A stretch of 63,890 bases of DNA, the filler included, from an uncultured Methanosarcinales archaeon (GTDB taxonomy: Archaea; Nanobdellota; Nanobdellia; Woesearchaeales; CAYSVS01): NCBI GenBank assembly GCA_964434475.1. It is 7 parts of 7 records of this genome, joined end to end, with 100 filler letters (N's around TTAATTAATTAA, not from the genome) between each part and the next. Parts side by side here need not be neighbours in the genome. Positions count along the whole stretch, not along the records: positions 10,492 to 20,596 come from CAYSVS010000047.1; positions 20,697 to 30,785 come from CAYSVS010000048.1; 5 more parts are not named here. One strand, given 5' to 3'. Shown piece after piece: positions 18,425 through 27,213 of the stretch; positions within the stretch are counted from its first letter, which is position 1; each line of letters opens with the position of its first letter. A program made the position numbers and the translations under genes. A model generated the notes under the pieces. That model was not told where the DNA came from. It did no database searches and was given only the letters and a program-made list of their open reading frames with translations.

Positions 18425-18868
18425 ATGGCAAAAAAAGTAGCAAAAGTTGGAGTTAAAAAAGACCCTACTTGCTTATACTTCGTGGACAAAAACGGAGACA
18501 TCTCTTGTGCAAAGATGGCAAGAGGCGGAAAAAAAGGCGGAAAAGCAAAAAAAGTTGAAAAAGTAGGCATCAAAAAAGAAAAAGGATACTTGTATTTCGT
18601 CGACAAGCAAGGAGACATTTCATGCGCTAAAATGTCTAGAGGCGGAGTAAAAAGAAAGAAAAAGAAGAAAGCTGTAAAAAAGAAAAAAGCAGCTAAGAAG
18701 AAGCCTAAGAAAAAAAAAGCAGCTAAAAAGAAACCTAAGAAGAAGAAAGTAGCTAAGAAGAAACCTAAGAAGAAGAAAGCAGCTAAAAAGAAACCTAAGA
18801 AGAAGAAAGTAGCTAAGAAGAAACCTAAGAAAAAGAAAGCAGCTAAAAAAAAACCTAAGAAGAAATAA
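18425..18868 (+). CDS. Cc1-like chromatin protein (tandem domain) with a histone H1-like Lys-rich tail
   Basis: Two copies of KV.KVG.KK....LYFVDK.GDISCAKM.RGG, then (KKKKAAKKKP)n; RBS GGAGGG. Confidence 0.75.
   Translation: MAKKVAKVGVKKDPTCLYFVDKNGDISCAKMARGGKKGGKAKKVEKVGIKKEKGYLYFVDKQGDISCAKMSRGGVKRKKKKKAVKKKKAAKKKPKKKKAAKKKPKKKKVAKKKPKKKKAAKKKPKKKKVAKKKPKKKKAAKKKPKKK
18680..18865 (+). repeat. about 6 copies of a 30-bp coding tandem repeat
   Basis: AAGAAGAAAG(C/T)AGCTAA(G/A)AAGAAACCTAAG units. Confidence 0.9.
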
Positions 18869-18902
18869 GTAATTCTTTAATTTTTATTTTTTTATAATTT
18901 TT

Positions 18903-19826
18903 TTAACCGATTATAGGATATGACTTATAAGATAACAACCTATTCGCAAAGCCTTCTCCAAACCTAAAGAAAAAGTTATCTGATTTTCCAGATATGAAAT
19001 CATAAAATGTCTTTTCTGTGTTATATTCATAAATACTTACTTTTGCCAAATCATGCTTGTCTTTTATGTACTGCTCTGCTGTTTCTATATTGCCGAATTC
19101 GTCTATCAATCCTTTCTCTTTTGCCTGTATACCTAATAAGATAGAGCCCTCTGTCTCTTCTATGCTTTCTATACTTATGTTCCTGTTCTTAGCGACCATC
19201 ATAACAAAGTAATCATGCGCCATGTCGAGCTGCTTCAGAATCATTTGTCTTTCATCTTCATCCAGCTGCCTGAAAGGACTTCCCATATCCTTATGATCTG
19301 CTGACACTAATCTTTCGTAAGTTATGTTGTATTTGTCCAGGAATCCTGAAAATTCTAGATAACTTGATATGGCTCCTATGCTTCCGGTTATAGACAGCTC
19401 ATCTGCAATTATATGATCGCATGCTGAAGCTATTAGATAACCTGATGAAGCTCCTACCTCTCTTATAACAGCTACTGTTGTTTTGTTGATCAGTTTAATC
19501 TTCTGTGCTATCTCTTTACCTGCAATAGCTGTTCCACCAGGAGAGTTTATCTCAAATATTATCGCTTTTACAGCAGGATTTGATTCAGTATCATCTATCC
19601 ATTGCAATATATTATCAGAATAGCTTAATCTGGTCCCAAACTGTTCAATCCCTTCACTAACCAATGTTCCTTTTATTGGAATTACTGCAACATTCCCTAT
19701 ATTCCTGCTTGCTTCATAGGTAGATGCAAATATCCAAGAAGCCAGCCAAAGAACTACCAACAACATAATTATATAGACATATTTATTTCTCTTAATACTA
19801 ACATTTTTTGTTGTTTTCTTTTTCAT
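18903..19826 (-). CDS. sppA: signal peptide peptidase SppA (S49)
   Basis: INSPGGT, ASSGYLIASA, TGSIG, KDMGSPFR. Confidence 0.93.
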   Translation of the reverse strand: MKKKTTKNVSIKRNKYVYIIMLLVVLWLASWIFASTYEASRNIGNVAVIPIKGTLVSEGIEQFGTRLSYSDNILQWIDDTESNPAVKAIIFEINSPGGTAIAGKEIAQKIKLINKTTVAVIREVGASSGYLIASACDHIIADELSITGSIGAISSYLEFSGFLDKYNITYERLVSADHKDMGSPFRQLDEDERQMILKQLDMAHDYFVMMVAKNRNISIESIEETEGSILLGIQAKEKGLIDEFGNIETAEQYIKDKHDLAKVSIYEYNTEKTFYDFISGKSDNFFFRFGEGFANRLLSYKSYPIIG

Positions 19827-20320
19827 GGCTCAAGCACCTTTTGTTCTATCAAAGATATATTGCTCAACTTTTCCATAAATCTTTTGTTTGTAAAAAGTAC
19901 ATACAAAGGATCTATGATCCATAATATGATTACAGGAAAAACCGGCAAAAAAGTAATGTTACTAAATAGTACCCTCCAAAAACTTAGTTCTAATTTAGTG
20001 GAAGATTTGATATAAATCCCTAAAAACATCTTACCTATGGTCTGATGAAACTTAAATTCCATAATAGTAAAATAGATTATCATAAGTACGAACATAAATA
20101 TAAAAACCACATATAATGATTGGAACATTGCAGGATTGCTATTAAGAAATTGCGAAGACTCCGTATAAGTCATATCTTTAGGAACTATCCTATAGACCAA
20201 CTCTTTCAAAGGAGAAAACACAATAATGTCAAGGATTAGTACGTCGATGATAAAAGCCAGTAGTCTTTTGAAAACAGAACATTCAACTTCAACTACCTTA
20301 CCTCTTTTTTTTCTTGACAT
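19823..20320 (-). CDS. RDD family membrane protein
   Basis: FKRLLAFIID, YFTIME...QTIGKMFLGI. Confidence 0.85.
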   Translation of the reverse strand: MSRKKRGKVVEVECSVFKRLLAFIIDVLILDIIVFSPLKELVYRIVPKDMTYTESSQFLNSNPAMFQSLYVVFIFMFVLMIIYFTIMEFKFHQTIGKMFLGIYIKSSTKLELSFWRVLFSNITFLPVFPVIILWIIDPLYVLFTNKRFMEKLSNISLIEQKVLEP

Positions 20321-20372
20321 CTTATTTATTGTTTATTTTATGGTTTAAATAAGTTTCTATTGAATAAAAAAC

Positions 20373-20545
20373 GGGTTCATCCGGAAAAGAATAAATATGT
20401 ATACTGAATACTAAATTGCGAGGTGTTCAGCCATGCAAAATATACTCAGTATACAAGAAAATAAGTTACATAAGGATATTATTAAACTTTGTCATTTAAT
20501 GGAGCTTCCATTAAACTATAATCACAAAGGTCCTAAGTTTTTTAA
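20373..20545 (+). mobile_element. IS-like element type C: left end and 5' fragment of a probable transposase, interrupted by IS type B
   Basis: TIR GGGTTCATCCGGAA 20373-20386 (inverted copy 30927-30940); RBS GAGGTG and ATG 20433, MQNILSIQENKLHKDIIKLCHLMELPLNYNHKGPK. Confidence 0.7.
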
Positions 20546-20596
20546 GAGAACTTTGCATAATTGCTGTTTAGCTTAGCTTTTTAGATTAATTGCACA
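20546..20596. mobile_element. IS-like element end, type B
   Basis: Reverse complement of 10495-10545. Confidence 0.8.
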
Positions 20597-20696
20597 NNNN
20601 NNNNNNNNNNNNNNNNNNNNNNNNNNNNNNNNNNNNNNNNTTAATTAATTAANNNNNNNNNNNNNNNNNNNNNNNNNNNNNNNNNNNNNNNNNNNN

Positions 20697-20921
20697 TTTA
20701 TAAACCAACTTGATCAAATAAATTTTGCAGAATTATCGAATTTCACATTTTTTAAATGAATATTGGCTAAAACTTACTTATTTTACTAAATATCTTTGTA
20801 AAAAAAATTAGTGAACTTTATCAGCAATTATATTTGTAATTATAAATCGACTTTCAGCAATAATATTAGTAAAGATCATATATGTATGTCTTGCAGTGAA
20901 CAAGACTGTTTCTACAGAGCC
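20697..20921. mobile_element. IS-like element right end, type D (..CAAGACTGTTTCTACAGAGCC)
   Basis: 21 bp identical to 52390-52410; located at a contig start. Confidence 0.65.
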
Positions 20922-20967
20922 TACTAACCGTAAGTTTTATATATCGCATAAAAATTCTATGGCAGTT

Positions 20968-21162
20968 ATGGGAAGAATAAAAACAAAATTGATAAAACGG
21001 ATAACATTGGATCTGTATAAAGAACGCGGCAGTGATTTCAAGGATGATTTTGAGGAAAATAAGAGCTTAGTGGCTAAATATGTTAATGTTCCTTCAAACA
21101 AACTTAGGAATATAATCGCTGGTTATATTACTAGATTAGTAAGAACAAAGAAAGAATTTTAG
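20968..21162 (+). CDS. rps17e: 30S ribosomal protein S17e
   Basis: MGRIKTKLIKR...F..DFEENK..V....S.KLRNIIAGYITR. Confidence 0.95.
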   Translation: MGRIKTKLIKRITLDLYKERGSDFKDDFEENKSLVAKYVNVPSNKLRNIIAGYITRLVRTKKEF

Positions 21163-21180
21163 AGACACGAGGTGTTAACT

Positions 21181-21468
21181 ATGGAAGAAGAAAGAGATAA
21201 CTCAATTTTTGTTGGCGGAAAGCCTTTCATGAATTATGTGACAGGAGTAGTGATGCAGTTTACGACAAAGAACGCAGAAGAGGTAAGCATTAAAGCAAGA
21301 GGCAAATTTATTGCAAGAGCAGTAGATATTGCTGAGGTTGCGACTAAAAGATTCCTTGAAGGACAGGTTGATGTAAAAGATATCAAGATTGATTCCGAGG
21401 AATTTGAGAATAAGGAAGGAAAGCAAGTAAGGGTTTCAACAATTGAGATTGTACTTGGAAGGAATTAG
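21181..21468 (+). CDS. albA: DNA/RNA-binding protein Alba
   Basis: [37 protein letters not shown]. Confidence 0.95.
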   Translation: MEEERDNSIFVGGKPFMNYVTGVVMQFTTKNAEEVSIKARGKFIARAVDIAEVATKRFLEGQVDVKDIKIDSEEFENKEGKQVRVSTIEIVLGRN

Positions 21469-21624
21469 ATCCTAATCATATTTACGGGGGTAGACTGATG
21501 ATAGGAGAATTCATATTTTCGATAAGTCTTTTAAGCACGATATTGTCTTTGGCATATCTGGTTAAGAAAAAGACACCAAAAAAAGCTGAATTATATATTT
21601 GGGTAGGAAAAGGCAAGAATCCTT

Positions 21625-22722
21625 TTAATTGATTTTTTTCATCTCATTTTTATTTCTGGATTTTTCTTCTACTATATGTATCCATATATTTCCATTTCCA
21701 TAAGCATTGTTAAATTTTATTTCATCGCCATTTTTATAGAAATATTTCACTTTGTCCTTTTCTCTAATAACTTTTCCTTCTATACTTTCTCCGTTTCTTA
21801 ATATTGTTGTATCGTGCTCCCCATATACATCATAGGCTATGTGTAGTAATTTGTCTTTTATGTCTTCTATTTCAACATATTCTGCAACAATGTTGTCAAC
21901 ATATACATCTTTAGGATTATCAGGATCAAAGATATCCTTAAATTCTTCTAGATTGTCATTGTCAATCATAATTACTTTGTAGCTGTTTTTTTCCTTATCA
22001 AATTCGTATTCAACAGCATACCTGCAATTGATATTTTTTCCTTTAACCCATCCTTGCTTATACAATTCTACTCTATATCTATCTTTATCATTTCCTTTAG
22101 CTTTCATATTCTTATGATTGAAGTATGTATCTGAAGCTTTTATCTCGTCTGTAAACTTTTCAACAAAACCCTTTAAGTTAAGAAATAAAGAGTGTGATTG
22201 TGTTCTTATTTCTTGATATTGGTTTTTGGATCTGTTATCATTTTCATCCATAAACCTCTTAAACATATCTCTTGCTTTGCTTCTTGAAATCTCATCATAG
22301 CTTTTTAGTTCTCCTGATTTTTTCAATTCTTTAAGATAACTATATCCTGTCTTGCTGGCTCCACAATGTACAAGCATTCCTTTTTTATTCAGATGTGGAA
22401 GAGCTAAGCTTATCGCTTGTATTCTTGCGCTTCTTTCTGGTCCATAAAATCCTTCTTTTATATTATCTGCATCATATATGCATAAGAATCTGTATCCTGG
22501 TCTTTCTACAGGATATAGATAAGTTATTTTTGCTTGAGAAATACCGCTTTGATATCTTGCTTTTCTGTTATTGTCCATTACTATGCCTACTAATCTTTGT
22601 TTTATTGTCTTTTGGATATTCTGTTGTTTCTTAATTTCTTTATCCAATTCACCATTAGTGCATTCTGATCCTATGCATATGCTTCCTGCAAGTATCAAAG
22701 CAGATAGTATTTTTTTTAGCAT
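21625..22722 (-). CDS. secreted hypothetical protein
   Basis: 365-aa ORF with an N-terminal signal peptide. Confidence 0.65.
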   Translation of the reverse strand: MLKKILSALILAGSICIGSECTNGELDKEIKKQQNIQKTIKQRLVGIVMDNNRKARYQSGISQAKITYLYPVERPGYRFLCIYDADNIKEGFYGPERSARIQAISLALPHLNKKGMLVHCGASKTGYSYLKELKKSGELKSYDEISRSKARDMFKRFMDENDNRSKNQYQEIRTQSHSLFLNLKGFVEKFTDEIKASDTYFNHKNMKAKGNDKDRYRVELYKQGWVKGKNINCRYAVEYEFDKEKNSYKVIMIDNDNLEEFKDIFDPDNPKDVYVDNIVAEYVEIEDIKDKLLHIAYDVYGEHDTTILRNGESIEGKVIREKDKVKYFYKNGDEIKFNNAYGNGNIWIHIVEEKSRNKNEMKKIN

Positions 22723-22902
22723 ATAAACAATAGTTTAGTTATATTTATAAATATAACTTATTTTTAGTCTCTATCAAGGGACACCAGAAAATATGAATAA
22801 ATATTTAAATATATAATGAAATTCATTAATTGATATAGAATTATATGATATTCAAAAAATATTTATGCATTTTTGATTATTTTATTCATATAATTCAGTA
22901 TA

Positions 22903-22995
22903 GTTCATTTGGGCCTATAGCATACTCAAAAATACTGTGTATTTTTGGTCGCTTTAGTCCTTCATTCACTGACGTTCATTTGGGCCTATAGCATA
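22903..22995 (+). repeat. 22-bp direct repeat of the tRNA-Arg leader and 5' end
   Basis: GTTCATTTGGGCCTATAGCATA at 22903-22924 and 22974-22995. Confidence 0.85.
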
Positions 22996-23226
22996 ATGGA
23001 TTAGTGCGGTCGGCTTCGGAACTATTGCTTTTCTGTATGGGAAAGCATAAGTGTACATTGATTACATAGCCTTTATGTGATTTGTGGAGATACCGATTGA
23101 TCGGGGTTCGAATCCTNNNNNNNNNNNNNNNNNNNNNNNNNNNNNNNNNNNNNNNNNNNNNNNNNNNNNNNNNNNNNNNNNNNNNNNNNNNNNNNNNNNN
23201 NNNNNNNNNNNNNNNNCGTAGGCTCA
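22982..23226 (+). tRNA. tRNA-Arg(TCG) with a 72-nt intron at 37/38 (23020-23091); 3' end split by the N gap
   Basis: GGGCCTA..TAGGCTC-A acceptor, GTCGG-CT-TCG-G[intron]A-CCGAT, BHB central helix CTTC/GGAG with 3-nt bulges, GTTCGAATC. Confidence 0.88.
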
Positions 23227-23363
23227 TCACATGTTAATTTTGCAGTGCTGTTGAGCATAGCGAAACGTACACAGGATAATAAGGGTGAAACCCTTATGTT
23301 TGAATCCTCGTAGGCTCATCACATGTTAATTTTGCAGTGCTGTTGAGCATAGCGAAACGTACA
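23217..23363 (+). repeat. 92-bp tandem repeat beginning with the tRNA-Arg 3' end
   Basis: CGTAGGCTCATCACATG...GAAACGTACA at 23217 and 23309; hairpin ATAAGGGTGAAACCCTTAT inside the unit. Confidence 0.85.
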
Positions 23364-23486
23364 AAATAATGTGTCTGCTTTTAGACTGGAAAAAAGTGTG
23401 TTTTTTGTAATTTTATTGGATTATCTAGCCGCACAAACAAAAACTTTAAAAATAAATAGAAAATCTATTATTTATCACATTAATGG

Positions 23487-23714
23487 GTGGTTCTTATGGG
23501 TAAGAAGAAAAAGAAAAAAGATAAGGTAAAAAGAGTAAAAGATAAGAGTAAAGTAGAAGAAAGATTAAAGCAGATTTCTAATATAGAGACTCCTGAAAAG
23601 AATGATTGGAAACTTGATAATGAGAACAAGATAGACAGGTTTTTAAGGTTCAACAGGTCTCAAAAACCCAAGTTAGCAAAAAAAGTGGCCAATAGGATGG
23701 CTAGCAAGAGGTAA
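23487..23714 (+). CDS. small basic hypothetical protein
   Basis: ORF followed after 2 nt by the next ORF; true start may be ATG 23496. Confidence 0.55.
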   Translation: MVLMGKKKKKKDKVKRVKDKSKVEERLKQISNIETPEKNDWKLDNENKIDRFLRFNRSQKPKLAKKVANRMASKR

Positions 23715-23716
23715 AT

Positions 23717-23914
23717 ATGGATCTTCAGGAAGAATTGACAAGAGATTTAAACTTTGTCGAAGAAAAGCTTAAGTCAGAAGAGGATAAAATTTTCAAAGCA
23801 TTTTGGGAAGGACAGAGATATGCTCTTTTAAGGCTTCTAAGAAATCATCACGATGAATATGATAAACAGTATCAAAAATTCAAAGAAAAGTGGTGCGAGA
23901 TAGACAATAGATAA
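23717..23914 (+). CDS. small hypothetical protein
   Basis: RBS GAGGT; 65 aa, helical. Confidence 0.6.
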   Translation: MDLQEELTRDLNFVEEKLKSEEDKIFKAFWEGQRYALLRLLRNHHDEYDKQYQKFKEKWCEIDNR

Positions 23915-23943
23915 GTTTTATATTTATTCTATTTCTTTTATTT

Positions 23944-24804
23944 TTGATGATTAAAGATAAGAATTCATTATTCAATCTTTTAGATATGTACGTAGACTCT
24001 GGAAAATCTCTTAGACAATTGGAAAAGATAGCTGGTTGTTCTAAGGAATACATAAGACAATACTATATTAAATCAGGTCAGTTAGACATATACAAATCTG
24101 TTCGAGAATCAAAACTAAAAGAGTCTAAAAAGGACAAAGAGATTCGAAATAAGAACATTGAGTCTCTTGTTTCAGGTATGATGCAGATCTTATCACAAAA
24201 AGCACAAAAAAAAAGCTCTGCTCATTATTATGCTGTTAAGTTTTATTTTTCACCTTTAACTAACAATAAGAATAGGTCTTTTGAATCTCTGGTTAAACTT
24301 TTCAAGATATATTTTGATAATAAAAATAAAAAAAAGGCTTTAGGCTTTTGGGATATCGGAAAAAGATGTGGAATGAATGGATCTTCTGTTAGGATTATCC
24401 TTAATCGTGTTGGTCTGAAATCTATGAATTGGGAGCATAAGAAGTATTCGGAAGATATTATTAAAGCATTAAGAAATTCTGCATATTCTAATATGACCTA
24501 TAAAGATATAAGCGGATTTTTAGGTTTAAATAAATCATACGCTTATTTTTATTTGAACAAACACCATATTAAGAAGAAGCAGAGTTTACCTTTGAGAAAC
24601 AATGGTTTTCCAAGCTATAAGTATATCAGTGAAATATATGAGTTATGTGACATTGCAGGCAGTGAACAAGAGATAAAAGAAATTTATAAAGATAATATTC
24701 ATATAGACACTATCCTAAAAGAAAGACCTGTTATGGAAAAGAAAATCATCAAACAATTGAGAATCTTGTTCCCAGATAGAAATATTACTAAGCCATACCT
24801 ATAA
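23944..24804 (+). CDS. hypothetical protein with several HTH-like segments
   Basis: SLRQLEKIAGCSKEYIRQ; ..IGKRCGMNGSSVRIIL..VGLKS. Confidence 0.6.
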   Translation: MMIKDKNSLFNLLDMYVDSGKSLRQLEKIAGCSKEYIRQYYIKSGQLDIYKSVRESKLKESKKDKEIRNKNIESLVSGMMQILSQKAQKKSSAHYYAVKFYFSPLTNNKNRSFESLVKLFKIYFDNKNKKKALGFWDIGKRCGMNGSSVRIILNRVGLKSMNWEHKKYSEDIIKALRNSAYSNMTYKDISGFLGLNKSYAYFYLNKHHIKKKQSLPLRNNGFPSYKYISEIYELCDIAGSEQEIKEIYKDNIHIDTILKERPVMEKKIIKQLRILFPDRNITKPYL

Positions 24805-25356
24805 TCTTTCTAGACATTTACTTAATTCTCTTACAGCCGCTACACAGCTTTTGTCTGCAACCACTTGATCATCTGCAAATGTCATCACCAAGATAGAACC
24901 ATCATTGAAATTAAATTCTCTTTTCAATTTTTCAAAAGCCTTGTTCGTATAATCACAATCAGGCAGTTCAAGCTTTCCTTTGATATATCTGAAAAGCATA
25001 GCCCCATTAGCTTGGTTCCTTATAGCTATATCTCTTATCTTATAGTCGACTTTTTTATTGTTATGGTCATTTATCAACATAGCTGTATTAAATTTGTTCT
25101 TGAATAATCCAACATCAATATTCTTTTTGAATTTTATGTTTTTTTTAATGTAATTAATCAACTTTATGCCTTTGTTTGTATACTTGTGGCCTTTATTTGT
25201 AGAAACAACAAGATTTTTATTTTTAAGACTATCAAGTATTTTTCTAACTATCCCTTCTCCCATATCTAGAGCATTGGCTATATCCTGTCTTCCTGGATGT
25301 TCATTTACTTTTACAAAAACCCTTATCTCATCAATCTTTTCTTTATTTGAATACAT
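24799..25356 (-). CDS. HTH protein, DUF4443-like
   Basis: PGRQDIANALDMGEGIVR.IL..L......T.KGH..T.KG; RDIAIR..A.GA. Confidence 0.7.
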   Translation of the reverse strand: MYSNKEKIDEIRVFVKVNEHPGRQDIANALDMGEGIVRKILDSLKNKNLVVSTNKGHKYTNKGIKLINYIKKNIKFKKNIDVGLFKNKFNTAMLINDHNNKKVDYKIRDIAIRNQANGAMLFRYIKGKLELPDCDYTNKAFEKLKREFNFNDGSILVMTFADDQVVADKSCVAAVRELSKCLERL

Positions 25357-25431
25357 GATGCATTATCAAAAACCTTAAATAGTATTTAAGCTTTCTGCTG
25401 GATAAGATATCCAACAAAATAAGGAGATAAT

Positions 25432-25755
25432 ATGATACAACCAGAAGTCGCTTTTACATCTATGCTGCAAACATCAAAGAAAGATGCATTTACTGGTCAA
25501 AGCAAAAAGGGATTTTTCATAAATTCTATGTTTTTGATAGTTATGTTGTTTACTGTAAAGTTTTCTTTCGAAGAATTCATCCCTAACAGTTTTCAGATAA
25601 TAGGGATCTTATTTTCAGGTATTATTATTATATCCTTTTTGTTCTATCTCGTAAATCTTTTCAACAACAAGATAGTGAGGAATAAGTTTCAGGGATTGTT
25701 GAGCTCGATGTGTATCATGACTTTTTTGATTTTTGTATTAGGTATGATATTATGA
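25432..25755 (+). CDS. small membrane protein
   Basis: Three TM segments; RBS AAGGAG. Confidence 0.65.
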   Translation: MIQPEVAFTSMLQTSKKDAFTGQSKKGFFINSMFLIVMLFTVKFSFEEFIPNSFQIIGILFSGIIIISFLFYLVNLFNNKIVRNKFQGLLSSMCIMTFLIFVLGMIL

Positions 25756-26021
25756 TTACAAAGATATTAGGATTAGGAGATGCTTTTGTGATATTGGCCA
25801 TGTTATTCTCTCCTTTGCTGCCTTTGAAGGTTATGTTCTATGCGGCTATGTATCTTATAGTTAAAGGCGGGATGTTTGCATTTTCTGGAGATGTGGCAAG
25901 CTGGCTCGATATTTTTTCTGGAGTTTATGTTGTCTTATTCACGTTCGGAATTTCTACAACAATTTTCAGCATACTGGTCGGATTTTATCTGGCACAAAAA
26001 TTTATGGTGTCTTGGTTATGA
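25752..26021 (+). CDS. small membrane protein
   Basis: MITKILGLGD..YLIVKG...GDVASWLD; ATGA overlaps on both sides. Confidence 0.7.
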   Translation: MITKILGLGDAFVILAMLFSPLLPLKVMFYAAMYLIVKGGMFAFSGDVASWLDIFSGVYVVLFTFGISTTIFSILVGFYLAQKFMVSWL

Positions 26022-27013
26022 AAACAATAATGATCTCTGGCTTTCTCGGAAGCGGCAAGACTGAATTGTTGAAGTGGTTCATAGCCCAATATCCTTATAA
26101 AAATATTTTGGTCATAGAGAACGAGATTGCAGATTATGGTGTTGACGGCAAAATGACAGATGTAAATGTTATCGAAATAAACGGCGGCAGCATCAGCTCT
26201 GTAAATATGAGTGTATTTAAAAAATTGATAAGAAAGCTCGATAGAAGAAAGATTGACCTTTTGTTAATCGAAACTTCTGGTGCCGCTAATCTAACCCCTG
26301 TTGTTTCTTTGTTGAATAAAAATAAGATAAAGCCATACGTCATTTCAGTAGTCGATGCATTGCGGTTTGCTAATTGTGAAAAGCTAAGCAGTTATTCTTT
26401 GGATCATATAGAGAATTCATCCGCTGTTATCCTGAACAAAGTGGATATGATAAACACAAATACTAAAAAGAAACTTATGCGCAACCTAAGATTTCTTAAT
26501 GCAAAAGTATATGCTGCTGAGAAATGTGTGATAGACTTGAATAATTTGCTTGAAGAACTAGAGACTGTGGACGCAAAAGATGAAAACAAGAAATTCAATA
26601 TGCCTTATATTTTTTGGAGGATTAAGAATAATCTTGGTATCAGATCAAAAGAGGATAATCACGACAATCTAAACGCTTATTTGTACCGCAGATACGGCAT
26701 AGTTGATATGCAAGAGCTAAAAAGACAGCTGCGTAGGATGAAGATCCCGCGGGCAAAAGGATTTGTCAATGCAAAAAAAGGCAGGTTTTTCTTTAGCTTA
26801 GTAGATGGAAGTTTTGTATGCAAGGCAAGCAATGATGGTGATGATGATAAGAACGAGGTTGTTATTATCGGACATAATATTTTCTCAAAAAGAGCAAGCA
26901 TAAGAAAAAGATTGTCTAGGTGCATCAAGATGACTTTCAAACATAAGATGAAAAACGCGTTTATGATGTGGAAGAGTCAGCAGAAACTGCCTGAAAGATT
27001 GATTGTTTCTTGA
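26018..27013 (+). CDS. CobW/COG0523-family P-loop GTPase lacking the CxCC motif
   Basis: SGFLGSGKT, VIENE, LIETSG.A, VVDA, LNKVD, RAKGF. Confidence 0.88.
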   Translation: MKTIMISGFLGSGKTELLKWFIAQYPYKNILVIENEIADYGVDGKMTDVNVIEINGGSISSVNMSVFKKLIRKLDRRKIDLLLIETSGAANLTPVVSLLNKNKIKPYVISVVDALRFANCEKLSSYSLDHIENSSAVILNKVDMINTNTKKKLMRNLRFLNAKVYAAEKCVIDLNNLLEELETVDAKDENKKFNMPYIFWRIKNNLGIRSKEDNHDNLNAYLYRRYGIVDMQELKRQLRRMKIPRAKGFVNAKKGRFFFSLVDGSFVCKASNDGDDDKNEVVIIGHNIFSKRASIRKRLSRCIKMTFKHKMKNAFMMWKSQQKLPERLIVS

Positions 27014-27213
27014 TATTCTAGAGTTACTTTTATATATGTCTTTCACTTATGTGTTATAATGGTGAAATCAGATTACAACATCAACATAGGCACTTCATTG
27101 GCTATTTTGTTTCCCAATCTTTAATTCTAATGACAAACTTTAAAAATCAGTTAGTTATTTGTTTTTATTAACATAATTATAATCTAATATAAATTATTTA
27201 AGGTGATACTCTT

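Noticed and set aside
21470..21624. Intergenic stretch after alba with TGATGA and CTGA words
   Set aside because: Box order and spacing do not fit a C/D guide, and there is no convincing SRP or RNase P fold.
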